A stretch of 63,994 nucleotides of DNA, filler included, from Octopus bimaculoides (lineage: Eukaryota): NCBI RefSeq assembly GCF_001194135.2. It is 7 parts of 7 records of this genome, joined end to end, with 100 filler letters (N's around TTAATTAATTAA, not from the genome) between each part and the next. Parts side by side here need not be neighbours in the genome. Positions count along the whole stretch, not along the records: positions 1 to 11,722 come from NC_068983.1; positions 11,823 to 22,059 come from NC_068986.1; 5 more parts are not named here. One strand, given 5' to 3'. The stretch's first letter is position 1, and every line of letters begins with the position of its first letter. This document shows, in pieces, positions 1-13,977 of the stretch. Under the pieces are notes generated by a model, which did no database searches, was not told the origin of the DNA, and saw only the letters and a program-made list of their open reading frames with translations. A program made the translations under genes and the position numbers.

Positions 1-239
1 TGGAAATTTTCAGTTATTATTTTCAAACTGAAGCCGACAAGTCAGTCGCATAACATGTATCCCCAAAACAAAAATTAGCTTCTCAATATTTTTCAAATTA
101 AACGTTTACAATTAAATTGTTCCGAATACGAAAAGAGATTAACTTATTGATTTTATTTATTTATTTATTTTTTTTTTTTTTCCGCAGGGATGACATTTCT
201 TTACCTTCAAAGTTCTTCAGACAACCACATAAATAACTG

Positions 240-620
240 AAACGATTTTCAAAGGAACACATTTGTTGAAAGCTGCTCAAACTTTTGTCAATGTCGCACC
301 AGCGATAACTTTGAACTGTAGCGTTGAATAACAGTTTCCATTATGTGAAGTAAATTGAAGTACGCAGCTGCATTATCAAACACAACTTGATTTATGTTGG
401 TTTCACCAAAGGAAAATTAAAGAAAAGATTTAATGGGCATAAGTATGACGTCAGACACGGAAACACTCTTTCGATGGAATCGCAGAGTATTTTACAGCAA
501 GTGACTGTAATTTTGACGAACATCTCAAAGAGCGCATTCTCAGAAAATATTCTGACTTCACTGAACTTTCAACCATCAAAACAGATGAAGTTACTAGCGT
601 CTAGCCGTGGAAGTGGGGAG
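240..620 (+). mobile_element. Degenerate Penelope-like element, GIY-YIG endonuclease remnant
   Basis: ORF 387-677 begins LIYVGFTKGKLKKRFNGHKYDVR, matching the second GIY-YIG motif (YVGxTxRxLxxRFxxH) of Penelope-like elements. The flanking frames are disrupted. Confidence 0.55.
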
Positions 621-1089
621 GGAAGAACTAAACGACTGCTGAGTTCCATCAGATTTATACAAAACTCTTTTGAGTAACAGTTTTTTTTACCGCATCTCTT
701 TTGTTTGGTGGGGATGTTTTAACCTGCTACGATTTATGTTGTTTGCGAATGTTTCATTTCTCATTATTTTCGTGTCTGCCTTGTGAGGTAAACATATGAC
801 GTACACTTATATTTGGACGCCTGTCTTAGCAAATCACTATTCTATACCATCACATTCCGTCACTGACCCGAATTTCTATGGTCACACTATTGAAATTCTA
901 TAATTCAATAATTCAATGCTAATTCAATAACGTTACAGTTTTATAATTTCATGATATAAAATCATGACTTTGTAATGTAATAATGCTGCAAATTTGATTA
1001 TCCTCAATTGCTATACAAATATAATGTTGCGACTTTGTCGTTTGTAATATGTATTGCATTTTACATCTTATATTTTTAATTTTGCTGTT

Positions 1090-1246
1090 GGAGTGACTGT
1101 GTCGTAAGTAGCTTGCTTACCAACCACATGGTTCCGGGTTCATTCCCACAGCGTGACAACTTAGGCAAGTGATTTCTACTATAGCCTCGGGCCGACCAAA
1201 CCCTTGGGAGTGGATTTGGTAGACGGAAACTTAAAGAAACCCGTTG

Positions 1247-1279
<33 letters not shown>

Positions 1280-1496
1280 CTGTATGTTTGTGTGTCTGTG
1301 TTTGTCCCCCCAACATCGCTTGACAACCGATGCTGGTGTGTTTACGTCCTCGTAACTTAGCGGTTCGGCAAAAGGGACCGATAGAATAAGTACTAGGCTT
1401 CTAAAGAATACGTCCTGGGGTCGATTTGCTCGACTAAAGGCGGTGCTCCAGCATGGCCGCAGTCAAATGACTGAAACAAGTAAAAGAGTAAAAGAG
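1090..1496 (+). mobile_element. tRNA-derived SINE, family A, near full length
   Basis: tRNA-like head with A/B-box-like motifs (GTGTCGTAAG ... GGTTCATTCC), internal TA/TG tract and 3' tail ending GAAACAAGTAAAAGAGTAAAAGAG. Homologous copies at 2254, 42668 and 49770. Confidence 0.85.
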
Positions 1497-1659
1497 AATG
1501 TAATAACTTTGTAATATGTACTTTATCTTTTGTAATCTTAATTACTGGCTTTTGGTTTTCGCGTATTTTGTATTTTGTAATTCATATTTTGCTATTACTA
1601 CCTTAGTTCAAAAATACTCTTACTTTTAAATTTTTATATTGTATTGATAAAAAGGGTAA

Positions 1660-1990
1660 AGACCGTCTTGGGTCATGAATGACCATGGGATTGCACCAAG
1701 AGAGTTTCCCTCCGAGACACAAGTCCAGGCAAGGTTGTTTATAGAAGACCGGCAGTTGTCCATGCATATCAGCCTCCCCTATCCACACCACCTATGTTAT
1801 CAACGGAAAGGCAAAGGCCGATACAGCTTGGCATCAGTGACATCGCAATTCCTTTCCACAGCTGAGGAACTGGAGCAACGTGAAATAAAGTGTACTCCTC
1901 AAGAAAACAACAAAGAACCAGGTCCGAGAATCAAACTCACTACCTCATGCTTGTGAGCCCATCACTCTGATCACTGAGCCAATGTGTTGA
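1660..1990 (-). mobile_element. SINE-like element, decayed
   Basis: Minus strand reads as a tRNA-like head (ATTGGCTCAGTGATCAGAGT...GTTTGATTCTC) plus body. A similar segment occurs near 63320-63420. Confidence 0.45.
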
Positions 1991-2253
1991 TAGGTATATC
2001 TTTAATCATTACATCAAAATTTATGCACTTTTAAGTTTCTATTCTTGTATTTCTACATTTGTGCGTATCTGGAATTCTGTATTTTGCAATTCTTATGTTT
2101 CAGTCATTAAAGTTTGTAACTTTCTAATTTTTTTCATATTGTAATTTTACAGGTTTATATATGTGCACCACTAAAATGTTCTTGTGTACCTACCGTCATC
2201 CTCAGGTACATGGGTGGATGGGTGCAAATGAGAATATATATATATAGGCTCAT

Positions 2254-2323
2254 GAGTGGCTGTGTGGTAAGTAGCTTGCTTACCAACCACATGGTTCCGG
2301 GTTCAATCCTACTNNNNNNNNNN

Positions 2324-2404
<81 letters not shown>

Positions 2405-2640
2405 ATGTATGTGTGTGTATATGTTTGCGTGTCTGTGTTTGTTCCCCCCCAAACATCGCTTGACAACCGATGCTGGTGTGTTTACGTCCCCGCAACTTAG
2501 GGGTTCGGCAAAAGAGACCAATAGAATAAATACTAGGCTTACAAAGAATAAGTCCTAGGGTCGATTTTCTCGACTAAAGGCGGTGCTCCAGCATGGCCGC
2601 AATAAAATGACTGAAACAAGTAAAAGAGTAAAGAGTAAAG
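2254..2640 (+). mobile_element. tRNA-derived SINE, family A, gapped copy
   Basis: Near-identical head and tail to 1090-1496, with a small N gap in the middle. Confidence 0.85.
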
Positions 2641-2831
2641 CGTATATATATATTACACATTCCATCTCCTACTTTATTAATACTGTTACCTCAACTGCCA
2701 TTGCGAAGTTCCTGAAGTAAATCTACGGATAACAACAGGAAACCTAAACTATGCCGGTGCTTTACTCATCATCTAATTATACATTTTTATACATCTTTGT
2801 ATAATTTTTCCATTATTATCTATATATTTTA

Positions 2832-3830
2832 GGTTGTCCGGAAAGGTCTGAATGTATTTAAGCTAAATCTTTTAACACTTCTTTGAACACACCCGAAACG
2901 TAACACAGTTAAAATGTTGGAGTGGCTTGAAGTGGTCGTGAGTCTCTTCTTTGTTCCTGACTGGAAATAGATTTATCTTTCATTCCTGTTACCCTATTTT
3001 TGTCATTTGAAATGGATAACCAAAAATTTCATATTCGCGTTGTAATGCTTTTCTTTTTTAAAAAAGGAGAAAATGCTACAAAACTTCCAAAAGCATTTGT
3101 GAATTTTATAGTGATTATGCTGTAGGTGAATCAACTGTTCAAAGGTGGTTTGCAAAGTTTAAAGCTGGACAATTTGGCTTGGAAGATGACAGTCTCAGTG
3201 GAAGACCTTCAAATTTGGATAAAGATATTTTGAAGACAAAAATCGAAGAAAATTCAAATATCACGACTAGAGAACTTTCAGAGGAGTTGGAAGTTTCTAA
3301 ACGTTCAGCTCATGAACATCTAGTGAAGCTAGGATACATATTATAATGTATGGGTACCTCACAAACTCTCAGAAAATAATTGCTTGGACCGGTATTCCAT
3401 TTGTGATAGACTTTTGAAACGGAATGAAAGCATGGCTTTTTTGAAGCAACTTGTGACTGGAGATGAAAAATGAATTGTGTATGAAAATGCAGTGCGAAAA
3501 AGATCCTGGAGTTTGAGGAAGGATCCCCCAAAACAGTAACCAAAGACAGATATCCCTGCCAAAAAAGCTATGCTTTGTGTTTGACGAGATCATAAAGGCA
3601 TTATTTATTATGAGCTTCTCCCACAAAACTATGCCATTAATTCTGATGTCTACTGTCATCAGGTGGCTAATTCGAACCAAAAATCAAAGAATTGAGACCG
3701 GAGATTGCCAACAGGAAATGAGTAGTGTTCCAACAAGACAATGAACTTGGCTGGGATCTCTTACTCTATCCACAATATTCCCTTGATATTAAGCCATCCG
3801 ACTATCACTTGACATTTTTTGGTAAAAAAT
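2832..3830 (+). mobile_element. Mariner (DD34D-type) transposon, degenerate
   Basis: TA followed by a GGTTGTCCGGAAAG TIR-like start. From ATG 3012: MDNQKFHIRVVMLFFFKKGENA...VQRWFAKFKAG...SGRP...WVPHKLS...LVTGDEK, with stops and frameshifts. Confidence 0.9.
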
Positions 3831-4191
3831 GAATTCTTGTTGAATAAAAAACTTGACGTGATAGAAAATTTCTGAGGGCATTTTTGAACCCAGCATCATC
3901 AAAGTAGATAGGACTAATTGTAAAAAGCAAGACAACTAAAAACCTTTTTGAAAATGTTCCCTGGTTTTATCAATAAAATAATAAAACCAGCTGCACAACC
4001 CTACTACCTATGGATGAACGATAAAATTGTGCTTATTCAGTGGTTCATTCCATTTTTATCATGCATTGATTCATAAAACGTGCAAACATAACATATATAT
4101 ATGCGTATGTGTAATGTATGCATACACAAGCGTATGCATGTACACCCCTCATATATTGTGTGCATATTTCTAAGTATATTTGTGTGCGCGC

Positions 4192-4223
<32 letters not shown>

Positions 4224-5024
4224 ACTTAATCATTTGTAATTTGTATATGTGCATGTGCCTCCGTGTACGTTCTTATCTAAATTTAGGCTTTTAACATGTT
4301 TGTATCAATGTACAAATGCTGTATTTGATAGTGTGTGTGTGTGTGTGTGCTCGTGTGCGAACACGTCTGTGTATTAACAGTCCAAATACAAAGTAGTTTA
4401 CCGAATAAAAATATAGAAAAAAAACAGAATAAATACCTTATATTGAACTACTGAAGAGTAACGCGCTATGATATATAGTAATATAGTGAGTATTTTGAAA
4501 AAAAAAAATCAAATTAAATGACTTACTAAAAGATAACTAATACTGTTAGATTGAATTAAGAACACCAGACGTGATAGAGCGTCAATTCCATGTAAAAAGA
4601 CAAAACACCTCTTTTTATCTCTTTGACGTGTGATTCTAATTCAGGATTCGTCAATAAGTTAATCTCTTTTCATGAAAAGTTCAGCAATTGCTGTTATTGA
4701 ATAGAAAATAACAAACTCTTCGATGATATTCTATTATGTACCGCACATCTATATAATACATATACAAAGCTACATGCAAAACTACACCCGTTCATACTTT
4801 TATATATATATATATNNNNNNNNNNNNNNNNNNNNNNNNNNNNNNNNNNNNNNNNNNNNNNNNNNNNNNNNNNNNNNNNNNNNNNNNNNNNNNNNNNNNN
4901 NNNNNNNNNNNNNNNNNNNNNNNNNNNNNNNNNNNNNNNNNNNNNNNNNNNNNNNNNNNNNNNNNNNNNNNNNNNNNNNNNNNNNNNNNNNNNNNNNNNN
5001 NNNNNNNNNNNNNNNNNNNNNNNN

Positions 5025-5055
<31 letters not shown>

Positions 5056-7379
5056 TACATATATATGAATACATAAATGCATAAATGTGCGTGTTTGTGT
5101 GTGTACATACTCTTGTGTTTGTGCTTTTGAAAGTAATTCAATTTATATTTATTTTAATAGCATTACAAATATGTAAAAGAATATTAAATATGTTTAAAAA
5201 TACGTAATGATATAAAATATCATCAAAATAGCTCCATAATCGCCATATTTTAAATTTGGAACATTTCTTTATCTTCATCCCGCCTCTTGTTTCTCTTTCT
5301 AGCTTGATGTCCAATTTTGAATTCCTTTTTCAGATACTTTCGTCCTCTCTCTTACACTGTCTCTTGCTCTTTGTGTGTGTGTGTGTGTGTGCGTGTGGAG
5401 AGAGACAGAGAGAGACAGAGAGACAAACAGACAGGCAGACAGACAGAAAGAGAGAAAGAGAGAGAGAAAGAGAAAGAGAAAAAATAAAGGAGTGAACGAG
5501 TCAGATTGCCGCTATTACTTCTTTCTATCTCGTACTGCTTTTGTTGATTATATTTGACGCACAGCTATGCTGGAAACATACTAGGACCCAACACTGCACA
5601 GATACCTCTACATACATTCACGCACATATTATGTACATACATATAGAAAATTAAATTTCCTTTTATAGAAAATTATAGAAAATTAAGCCTCCTTATATCT
5701 TCTTGTATTTAACTATTTTTTACTGTCTTTAATTTATTTCATTTTATTCAGTTTTATTTTCTTTTATTGTCTTACCTAACCTTCCCTACTAACGGTATTT
5801 TCCTGTTACCTTACTACACATTAGGACTTGCAGACCTATATATTTCTGTGAGTCTCTGTGTGCGCGTGTGTGTGTATGTGTGTGTATTGGTGTCAATGTC
5901 TGAGCACCATTGTTACCATTGTTACAGCACGGCTGTATTGTTGCATGTATTTGTTACCACGCTCTTTCTCTCTCTCCCTCCTTCATTCTCTCATTGATTT
6001 CAATGTTTATTCATTATACTTTTCAATTTATTTCTCCCTTTGCCTCGGTGTCACCTGAGCACTTCCAGCTGCAGTCCGATTTTTATCTTTGCGCTTCAGT
6101 TTGACGAAGTTATAAAATTATCCTCTGATATATATATATATATATATANNNNNNNNNNNNNNNNNNNNNNNNNNNNNNNNNNNNNNNNNNNNNNNNNNNN
6201 NNNNNNNNNNNNNNNNNNNNNNNNNNNNNNNNNNNNNNNNNNNNNNNNNNNNNNNNNNNNNNNNNNNNNNNNNNNNNNNNNNNNNNNNNNNNNNNNNNNN
6301 NNNNNNNNNNNNNNNNNNNNNNNNNNNNNNNNNNNNNNNNNNNNNNNNNNNNNNNNNNNNNNNNNNNNNNNNNNNNNNNNNNNNNNNNNNNNNNNNNNNN
6401 NNNNNNNNNNNNNNNNNNNNNNNNNNNNNNNNNNNNNNNNNNNNNNNNNNNNNNNNNNNNNNNNNNNNNNNNNNNNNNNNNNNNNNNNNNNNNNNNNNNN
6501 NNNNNNNNNNNNNNNNNNNNNNNNNNNNNNNNNNNNNNNNNNNNNNNNNNNNNNNNNNNNNNNNNNNNNNNNNNNNNNNNNNNNNNNNNNNNNNNNNNNN
6601 NNNNNNNNNNNNNNNNNNNNNNNNNNNNNNNNNNNNNNNNNNNNNNNNNNNNNNNNNNNNNNNNNNNNNNNNNNNNNNNNNNNNNNNNNNNNNNNNNNNN
6701 NNNNNNNNNNNNNNNNNNNNNNNNNNNNNNNNNNNNNNNNNNNNNNNNNNNNNNNNNNNNNNNNNNNNNNNNNNNNNNNNNNNNNNNNNNNNNNNNNNNN
6801 NNNNNNNNNNNNNNNNNNNNNNNNNNNNNNNNNNNNNNNNNNNNNNNNNNNNNNNNNNNNNNNNNNNNNNNNNNNNNNNNNNNNNNNNNNNNNNNNNNNN
6901 NNNNNNNNNNNNNNNNNNNNNNNNNNNNNNNNNNNNNNNNNNNNNNNNNNNNNNNNNNNNNNNNNNNNNNNNNNNNNNNNNNNNNGACCTGTGGGTTGCA
7001 GGATTAGTGAGTTTATCGAATGAACTGTAGTTCTACTTCATATATTCATTTACCCAACAATAAACCACCTCATCCCATTTTTAAAATACCCTGTAAATTA
7101 ATACGAGTGGATAGATAAAAGAAATAAGAAAATGAGATACAAATAGAAAACAGGTAAAATAAAAGGTACAGGTTCATGAATTATATTGGCTGACATAAGA
7201 AACCTCTTCATTGACTGTTTGTAAGTGAAGATCTGGAATTTACTACTTGGCAAAGTTATATATCATGAAGTAGAGGCTGTTGCAAACTCCCTGCCTATCT
7301 TGACAAGGTGTTGAATCGTTAGGAGTTAGTGATGAAACAGTCACAATATTTTTCTACAATATCTTCTTCAGAAATTGGT

Positions 7380-8230
7380 GGTGATGATAGCAACACATCT
7401 GGATGAGCAGACGTTGATAAAACAGGATTTTCAAATGTCGACTACTTTGTTGCCAGAATTTAGCTTTTTACTATATTGTGGTCTTTTTGTGGTTAGTTTA
7501 TACTACAGAAAGTAAACGTTTATTATTTCGAATTCCGTTATAGAATTGTGTTGCTCTATACTTTTTCGCACTTCATTTGACAACTGAATTAACCTAAGAA
7601 TAGAAATTCTTTCTGATATTTCACTATTACATTCTTATCCACCACCGTCTTTTTCCGACTTACAACCATCTGCGCAATTTCCGAGTCATTGTGATGAAGA
7701 ATATTAGCTGCTGCGTCATTTACATTCATCCATTCGGCAATATTATCTTCACCTTCGATGTAAGAGCTTCATAAGCAAGATTAGTTATATCATGAACAAA
7801 AGAAAGTTGTTTTGCATAATATGCTTTCCTAAGTTCTCTAAAGTAATTTCCAGTGTCTTTACTAGACACACAAGGCATACACTTCTTTAAGATTTCCGAG
7901 TATTGAGAATGCAGTTAAATATGTCTTGCACATTAAATCCTTTAAGAAACTCATGTACTGGTCTGCCAGGCTTAACTACACTTAGTACGTAGCTCATAAA
8001 CAATAAACGATGCTTAGATTTATTAGAATGTAAAATACTGTTGTTCAGGAGTTGAATTGATGACGGGCAGTTAGTAGCTGAGGTAAATACCGGAAACATT
8101 TTTCTTTTTACAAGAAGTTCTGTTTTCGGTTGCGCAGAATATGTTTAAAATAAGTATTATCATAAGTTGTGATACATGCCAAGACATAATTGTGCATCAA
8201 AAACAAATTTGGCATCAACAAATACAACTT
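7380..8230 (-). mobile_element. Tigger/pogo-like (DDE_1) transposase remnant
   Basis: Minus ORF 7887-8099 FPVFTSATNCPSSIQLLNNSILHSNKSKHR resembles the FLPPNTTSxIQPMDQGIxxxxKxxYR motif. It is followed by an acidic C-terminal-like stretch (EGEDNIAEWMNVND), with frameshifts. Confidence 0.55.
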
Positions 8231-9152
8231 TTGCGTCTTTGTTTTTCGAATGTTTATCGCTACAAACTACATGATAGTTTAAGTCATGTCTCTTCTTGAA
8301 AAAAAAAACCGAGCCAAACGTCATTATATTCACACTAGTAATCTAGTTCTATTTCTTCGTGAAACATTTTCGGTTGCCCCTTTTCCAAATCTCTAGGCAA
8401 AATAGAATAAGAAAGGAGGCACATGGGGCAGAGAGTCACTAATGTGATCACGGGACGTGTGACGAAAGAACTTTGACAGACATATCGGCTAAAAATAATA
8501 CGAATAAAAAGTAAAGTGGAGATCAAATAAATAGTGCATGTGTTTAATTGGGGACAAAAATGAGTATAACAATATCTGTTTCAACACACGTTTTCACATC
8601 AAGAATCTTGCAAGACAGATACATAAACATATAGACCACGAGACTTTATGAGAGATCTTTTCAAGGTAAATAACGCAGTATTCTGTGTTCTAACACAACC
8701 TCGACCTTAAGTTTGAGATCAACATTACTTTTGGTATTAATACTGTTTCTGTCACTATTAATTATTTTTTCATAAACACACTGTCTATTTGCGATACCAG
8801 CGCCTGAATAGACACTGAGATTCTATATGTCGTTGACAGGAGATTCAGAAGTTATCCTGCTGCTGGATACCTGTTACTGAGAAACCCATAGTAGGATGAA
8901 ATCACCTGATCTGACAGTTCCAACGGCCGTAGCAGAAGATTCTCTTCTGTCAATGATATAAAAAAAGAGTGCTTTTATGCACCACGAATCCTTATGAGAG
9001 ATCCTTTCAAGAGAAATAACGCAGTGTTATGTGTTCCAGCTCAACCACCACGTTAGTTTGGAAACTGAGATTACCATTTGCTAATATTGATACTGCTCCT
9101 GTCGTTATTAATTATTATACCTGTGTGAGTGTGTGCGTGTGTGTGTGTGTGT

Positions 9153-9192
<40 letters not shown>

Positions 9193-9321
9193 NNNNNNNN
9201 NNNNNNNNNNNNNNNNNNNNNNNNNNNNNNNNNNNNNNNNNNNNNNNNNNNNNNNNNNNNNNNNNNNNNNNNNNNNNNNNNNNNNNNNNNNNNNNNNNNN
9301 NNNTTTTTTTTTTTTTTTTGG

Positions 9322-9478
9322 TGGGAGTCGTTATCGGTTACATCAACCCCAGTGTTCAACTGGTACCCCGAAAGAATGAAAAGCAAAGTCGACATCGGCA
9401 GAATTTGAATTCAGAATGCAAAGACGGACGAAATGCCGCTAAGCATTTTTTCTCGGCGTACTAACGTTTCTGCCAGCT
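9322..9478 (-). mobile_element. tRNA-derived SINE, family B
   Basis: Reverse complement gives GAGCTGGCAGAAACGTTAG...CTGAATTCAAATTC...GTCGACTTTGCTTTTCATTCTTTCGGGGTACCAG, shared with copies at 34955, 40460, 40745, 58140 and 62320. Confidence 0.8.
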
Positions 9479-11722
9479 CGACTCCTTAATTATAATTATA
9501 ACACTACACTTTGATCTTAGCTAAAAGGCCGTGAAGCCTTATAATTATAATGATATATAGAAATATGTATGACTCTGTACATGTATGTATGTGTGTAAAT
9601 ATATGAACTTGGTATCATGTGTATTTGTGCATCTGTACTATGTTTTACCTAAGCGATTTCAAAAACAGCTACAGTATGAAAAGTATGCATTTCATACTGC
9701 AAAACAGGGAATTTTCTACGACCCTAAGTGTGAAGCATTGGCCGCTTCTCTTATGGAGGTCAAACTTATCATGACAATAGAATTAATTCGGAGGTCTTCA
9801 AAATTCCTTTACCAAATAAATATCAGGTACCAAACCATCGGACAGAATTGTGAAACATTAGGATTTTGAATTTAAAAATCGATTCTACCAATATTGACCT
9901 TTATCACAAACAATATGATGTTTCATGAACGTGAAGCGACATGAGTATCCGTTATTTAATCTCTAATATACGTAAAGACATACATACACACATGGACACA
10001 CTAGCGCACACGTACACACACATACATATTTGTAAAGTCTTTACTCTAAATTTTAGTGAATATATTACATATTCTCAGAAGATCGAATAGCATCAGGCTT
10101 TAATTTTTTATCCTTTTATCGGAACGGTGATATGATATACTAGTTATATCTTTCGGTTGAGTTAGGCGACTGTATCGCTAATTCGTAAGAAAGATAGGTG
10201 CGTCCTTTGAAGCCAGTGAGAGAAATCATTATATTCTGAATCGAAGAATTATAATTAAGATTATGATTGAAATTCACATACAGGTTTGTGTGCATGCGCA
10301 AAGATACACACGGGAACACGCTCACACACCCACGCGCGCACGCACACGCACTCACGTACGCACATACACACACACACACTAAACCGGTTGTTGAGTTCTA
10401 TCCTTCAAGGAAGTCGTTTCAATAATTAAGAGTTAATTGGAGGGAGTGATTAGCATTTCATATTTTCTTTCCCTATTTTTAAAATGCAAATGCAAATTTT
10501 CCAGAATGATTACTCGATTAAATTTTTTACAATGTTCTGTTTCGAAAGCATTTCATTGTTGAGAACGGATATTCAAATTCTAATGCCTCCAGTTGTGTCC
10601 ACAATGCACCGGATGAAACAAGCGATGGATGAAAAGTGAATCGCGGATATATGCCACTGGGTCTAGATGTATCTCTATCATGGCAGTTTATTGTTTCAGT
10701 TGTTGCATTAGAACCATCACATTATAAATAAAATCACATAGAAAAGTGCATATGAATATATAATATTTCCCTGTGAATGATAGCCTGAGATGTTGAGAAA
10801 GTCAGGCAAATTATGCATAATCAGTGGGTTCAATCATTGTAACGAATTATTATCTTTGATTAATGTAATAACCTTAAGATGAATTATGACTTTAATAATA
10901 AATGAATTCTTACACTTTATTTTTAACTGATTGATTCGTTGAAAGAGATTTTCATGTGAGCAGGATTACAGTAGTGCTTGAGATGTGTGGGATAGCTCTT
11001 CTATTAAAATTCCATTCACATCTGGAATGCATTATAAAGAATACAAATTGACGCCAGTTATTGACTGGTACTTTATTTTATCAAATGAAATGTAACTGCA
11101 GGGAATAAATGAGCCAAACAGGAAATGAAGAGTAATGTATATTTTGTGGTAGGTGACGTTGAATTATCCTACGAAACTGTTTCTGCGGGCAGCAAAATGA
11201 GATACATACATGTCTAAAAGCATATTAGAATGTGTAGTTTGTAATAAATATGAAATGTAACTACCAATGTTAAAAGAACAGAATAGATCACAGTAGTCGT
11301 GTCAGAATCTAAAATAGAAAGCGCAGTTTGATTTTATAAAGAACTGAAAGCTAAAACGTTAAAAGTTTAAAGCCCTATGAACGCTATTACCTTTACTGAG
11401 AAGCAAATAGAATCGTAATAACTTTCTAATGCTAGCAAACTCATAAACTAAACAATGCTACCGCATAGTTTTCTGCGTGTGTCGGTGGGATGCAACTGTT
11501 TATCTTTTATTCTTTACTTGTTTCAGTCATTGCACAGCAGCAATGGTGGTTCATCCAGGCACATTAACCTAATTTTTTTAAAGTCTGATACTTATTTTAG
11601 TGATCTCTTTGTCGAGCCCGTAAGTTACTAAGACGTAAACAAACCAGCACCAGTTGTCAAGTGGTGGTGGTGGTGGTGGTGGTGGATACGGATGCACACA
11701 CATATATGTATACATATATATA

Positions 11723-11822
11723 NNNNNNNNNNNNNNNNNNNNNNNNNNNNNNNNNNNNNNNNNNNNTTAATTAATTAANNNNNNNNNNNNNNNNNNNNNN
11801 NNNNNNNNNNNNNNNNNNNNNN
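11723..11822. other. Artificial scaffold-join spacer (N44-TTAATTAATTAA-N44)
   Basis: An identical 100-nt spacer recurs at 22060-22159, 41467-41566, 49656-49755, 52509-52608 and 62662-62761. The 12-mer places stops in all six frames. Confidence 0.95.
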
Positions 11823-11960
11823 AGAATAAAAAATATTTTTAAAAAAATTATTATCTTCGTTAAAAGACCGCTTCCTTCAAATCTTCCACCGGTTCTGTTG
11901 CCTAATTCCATCGATGTTATTGGATTAGATATGTTTTTGTATAGGGAGCCCGGTGTAGCA

Positions 11961-11962
<2 letters not shown>

Positions 11963-12031
<69 letters not shown>
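11963..12031. repeat. (ATT)n microsatellite followed by (CAT)n/(CAG)n tracts
   Basis: Directly visible. It explains the poly-Tyr ORF 11898-12167. Confidence 0.95.
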
Positions 12032-12032
<1 letters not shown>

Positions 12033-12487
12033 CCTTCATCTTCTTCTACTTCTTCGTCATCATCATCATCATCATCATCATTTTCATTATCGTCATGTTC
12101 ATCATCATCAGCAGCAGCAGCAACATCATCATTTGTCTGCATTCCATGCTATCGTGGGTTTGACTAAATACCACAGAATGCAACAATAAATCTAAAGGTC
12201 CAACGCTAGCAACCTCTTGAAACTTTTAACTGCAAACATATTCCAGACTTGTCTACTCGCATACTAAACATATGCACCTAAGTAAGTTTTGTGATTATTT
12301 GAATTTTCTCTGATCGTTCGTAATGTTTCGTGTAAGGCACATCGACGACCAGCTGCTAACAGTTCTCTCATTTGTCTATTCGAGAAATTGCAGGTTATAA
12401 AACCGACAAAAGTAAATATAAACTGAAATTAACAACGATAATATGTGTATTATATGTGTATGTGAGTGTATGTGTATACGCACACAC

Positions 12488-12640
12488 ATGTATGTATGTA
12501 TGTATGCATGCATGTATTATGTATGTATGTCATTGTTCAGTTTTATTTCAAGATTTCTTCCCAATAGAGAAAGACTCGGTTTCAAACCTAGATACCAAAG
12601 CTCCTTCATTGGGATTTCAACATCAAGCACAGGGTATTTT
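12488..12640 (-). mobile_element. 3' terminus of an R4/Dong-type (RLE) LINE with (ATAC/ATGC)n tail
   Basis: The same ~110-bp segment occurs at 47080-47190, directly downstream of an RT remnant, and at 48100-48200. On the minus strand it ends ...GAAATAAAACTGAACAATGAC followed by ATAC/ATGC repeats. Confidence 0.6.
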
Positions 12641-13085
12641 TGTTTGTATGCATGTATGCATGCATGTATGTATGTATGCATGTATGTATATATATGTGCA
12701 CATTTGTATGTTTTGCTTTATATATGTATTCTGATGCATATAGTTGCATATCTAGACATGCTCGTATGTATGTATGTATGTATGTATGTATGTATTCCTG
12801 TCATTCTATACAAGTATATATGAATGTATATATGTATATATACATGGAATTGCTAATTTTAAAATTCTGGTGTTGATACGATTCAACGTTTAAGTATACA
12901 TGCATGCAAGTATATTCGAAATATTTTTGAATTCACAAATATTTTGAGCTCTTCGTATATCAATGCATTCAAAAAGATGTGTGTTGTGTACGTACGTGAG
13001 TGTATTTTATACGCATATGTGAAAATATTATGTGTGTGTGTATATATATAAATGCTTATACATTCATTCATACATACATACATAC

Positions 13086-13128
<43 letters not shown>

Positions 13129-13241
13129 ACATAAATATGTATATATAAATGCATGTGTACGTGAAAATGTGCTTGCATGTTTGTATGCAGATATATGCGT
13201 ATATGTTTGCGCATATGCTTACATATATATATATATATATA

Positions 13242-13274
<33 letters not shown>

Positions 13275-13926
13275 TGTGTGTGTGTGTGAATATTCTTAAA
13301 TCAAAGATCTAGAAGATCAGAAATCCAAAGAAGGCTCTATACGAGTTAAAGATAACTGCAGAATAAATAGTTGTTTTATAAATTCAATATTTTAACCAAT
13401 GATTTCATATCAACATTCGTGCACGTACATGCTTGTGTAGATAAAACTTCGCAACCGTCAGTGTTATATATGTTTGCAATACACGTGTGTGTATGTGTGT
13501 GTTCATGGGTGTGTAGTTACGATTATACGCACACACACATACCGTTATATAAAAATATATATATGTATATATTATCAATATGACACCTGAGACACCTAAA
13601 GCTATACCTGATTATGTATGCATATGCGTGAGTGCTACATTTCAGCGAACAGCGTACGTGTATATATATGTAGAGATGTATTTCTTTTAGCATGTATACG
13701 TCATCGGTATTTTGATTTTCTCATATATCAGCGAGCGAGAGAATTTTTGATTATTACAATTATCACATGGCAATAAGCATGTTTTGTTTGTTTTCCGAGA
13801 AAAACTTCATACTTTGGAGAATGTTTGATATCTTGTTTAATGTGAAATCTATATTTTAGTTTTGTTTGGTTTGACATGTACTTGAGACTGAATATAAGGT
13901 CTTTTGTGACTGCTATAGCTTCTTAG

Positions 13927-13977
<51 letters not shown>

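Noticed and set aside
185-230. Minus-strand CTGAAGA...GAAA hammerhead-like motif
   Set aside because: Stem II and stem I pair poorly, so it cannot be distinguished from chance.
2155-2558. Many ORFs rich in HT/YI/CV dipeptides here and throughout the window
   Set aside because: They are translations of (CA)n, (TA)n and (GT)n microsatellites and N gaps, not genes.
10515-10720. 64-codon open stretch on the minus strand
   Set aside because: It is bounded by stops, with no acceptor AG or recognisable motif.
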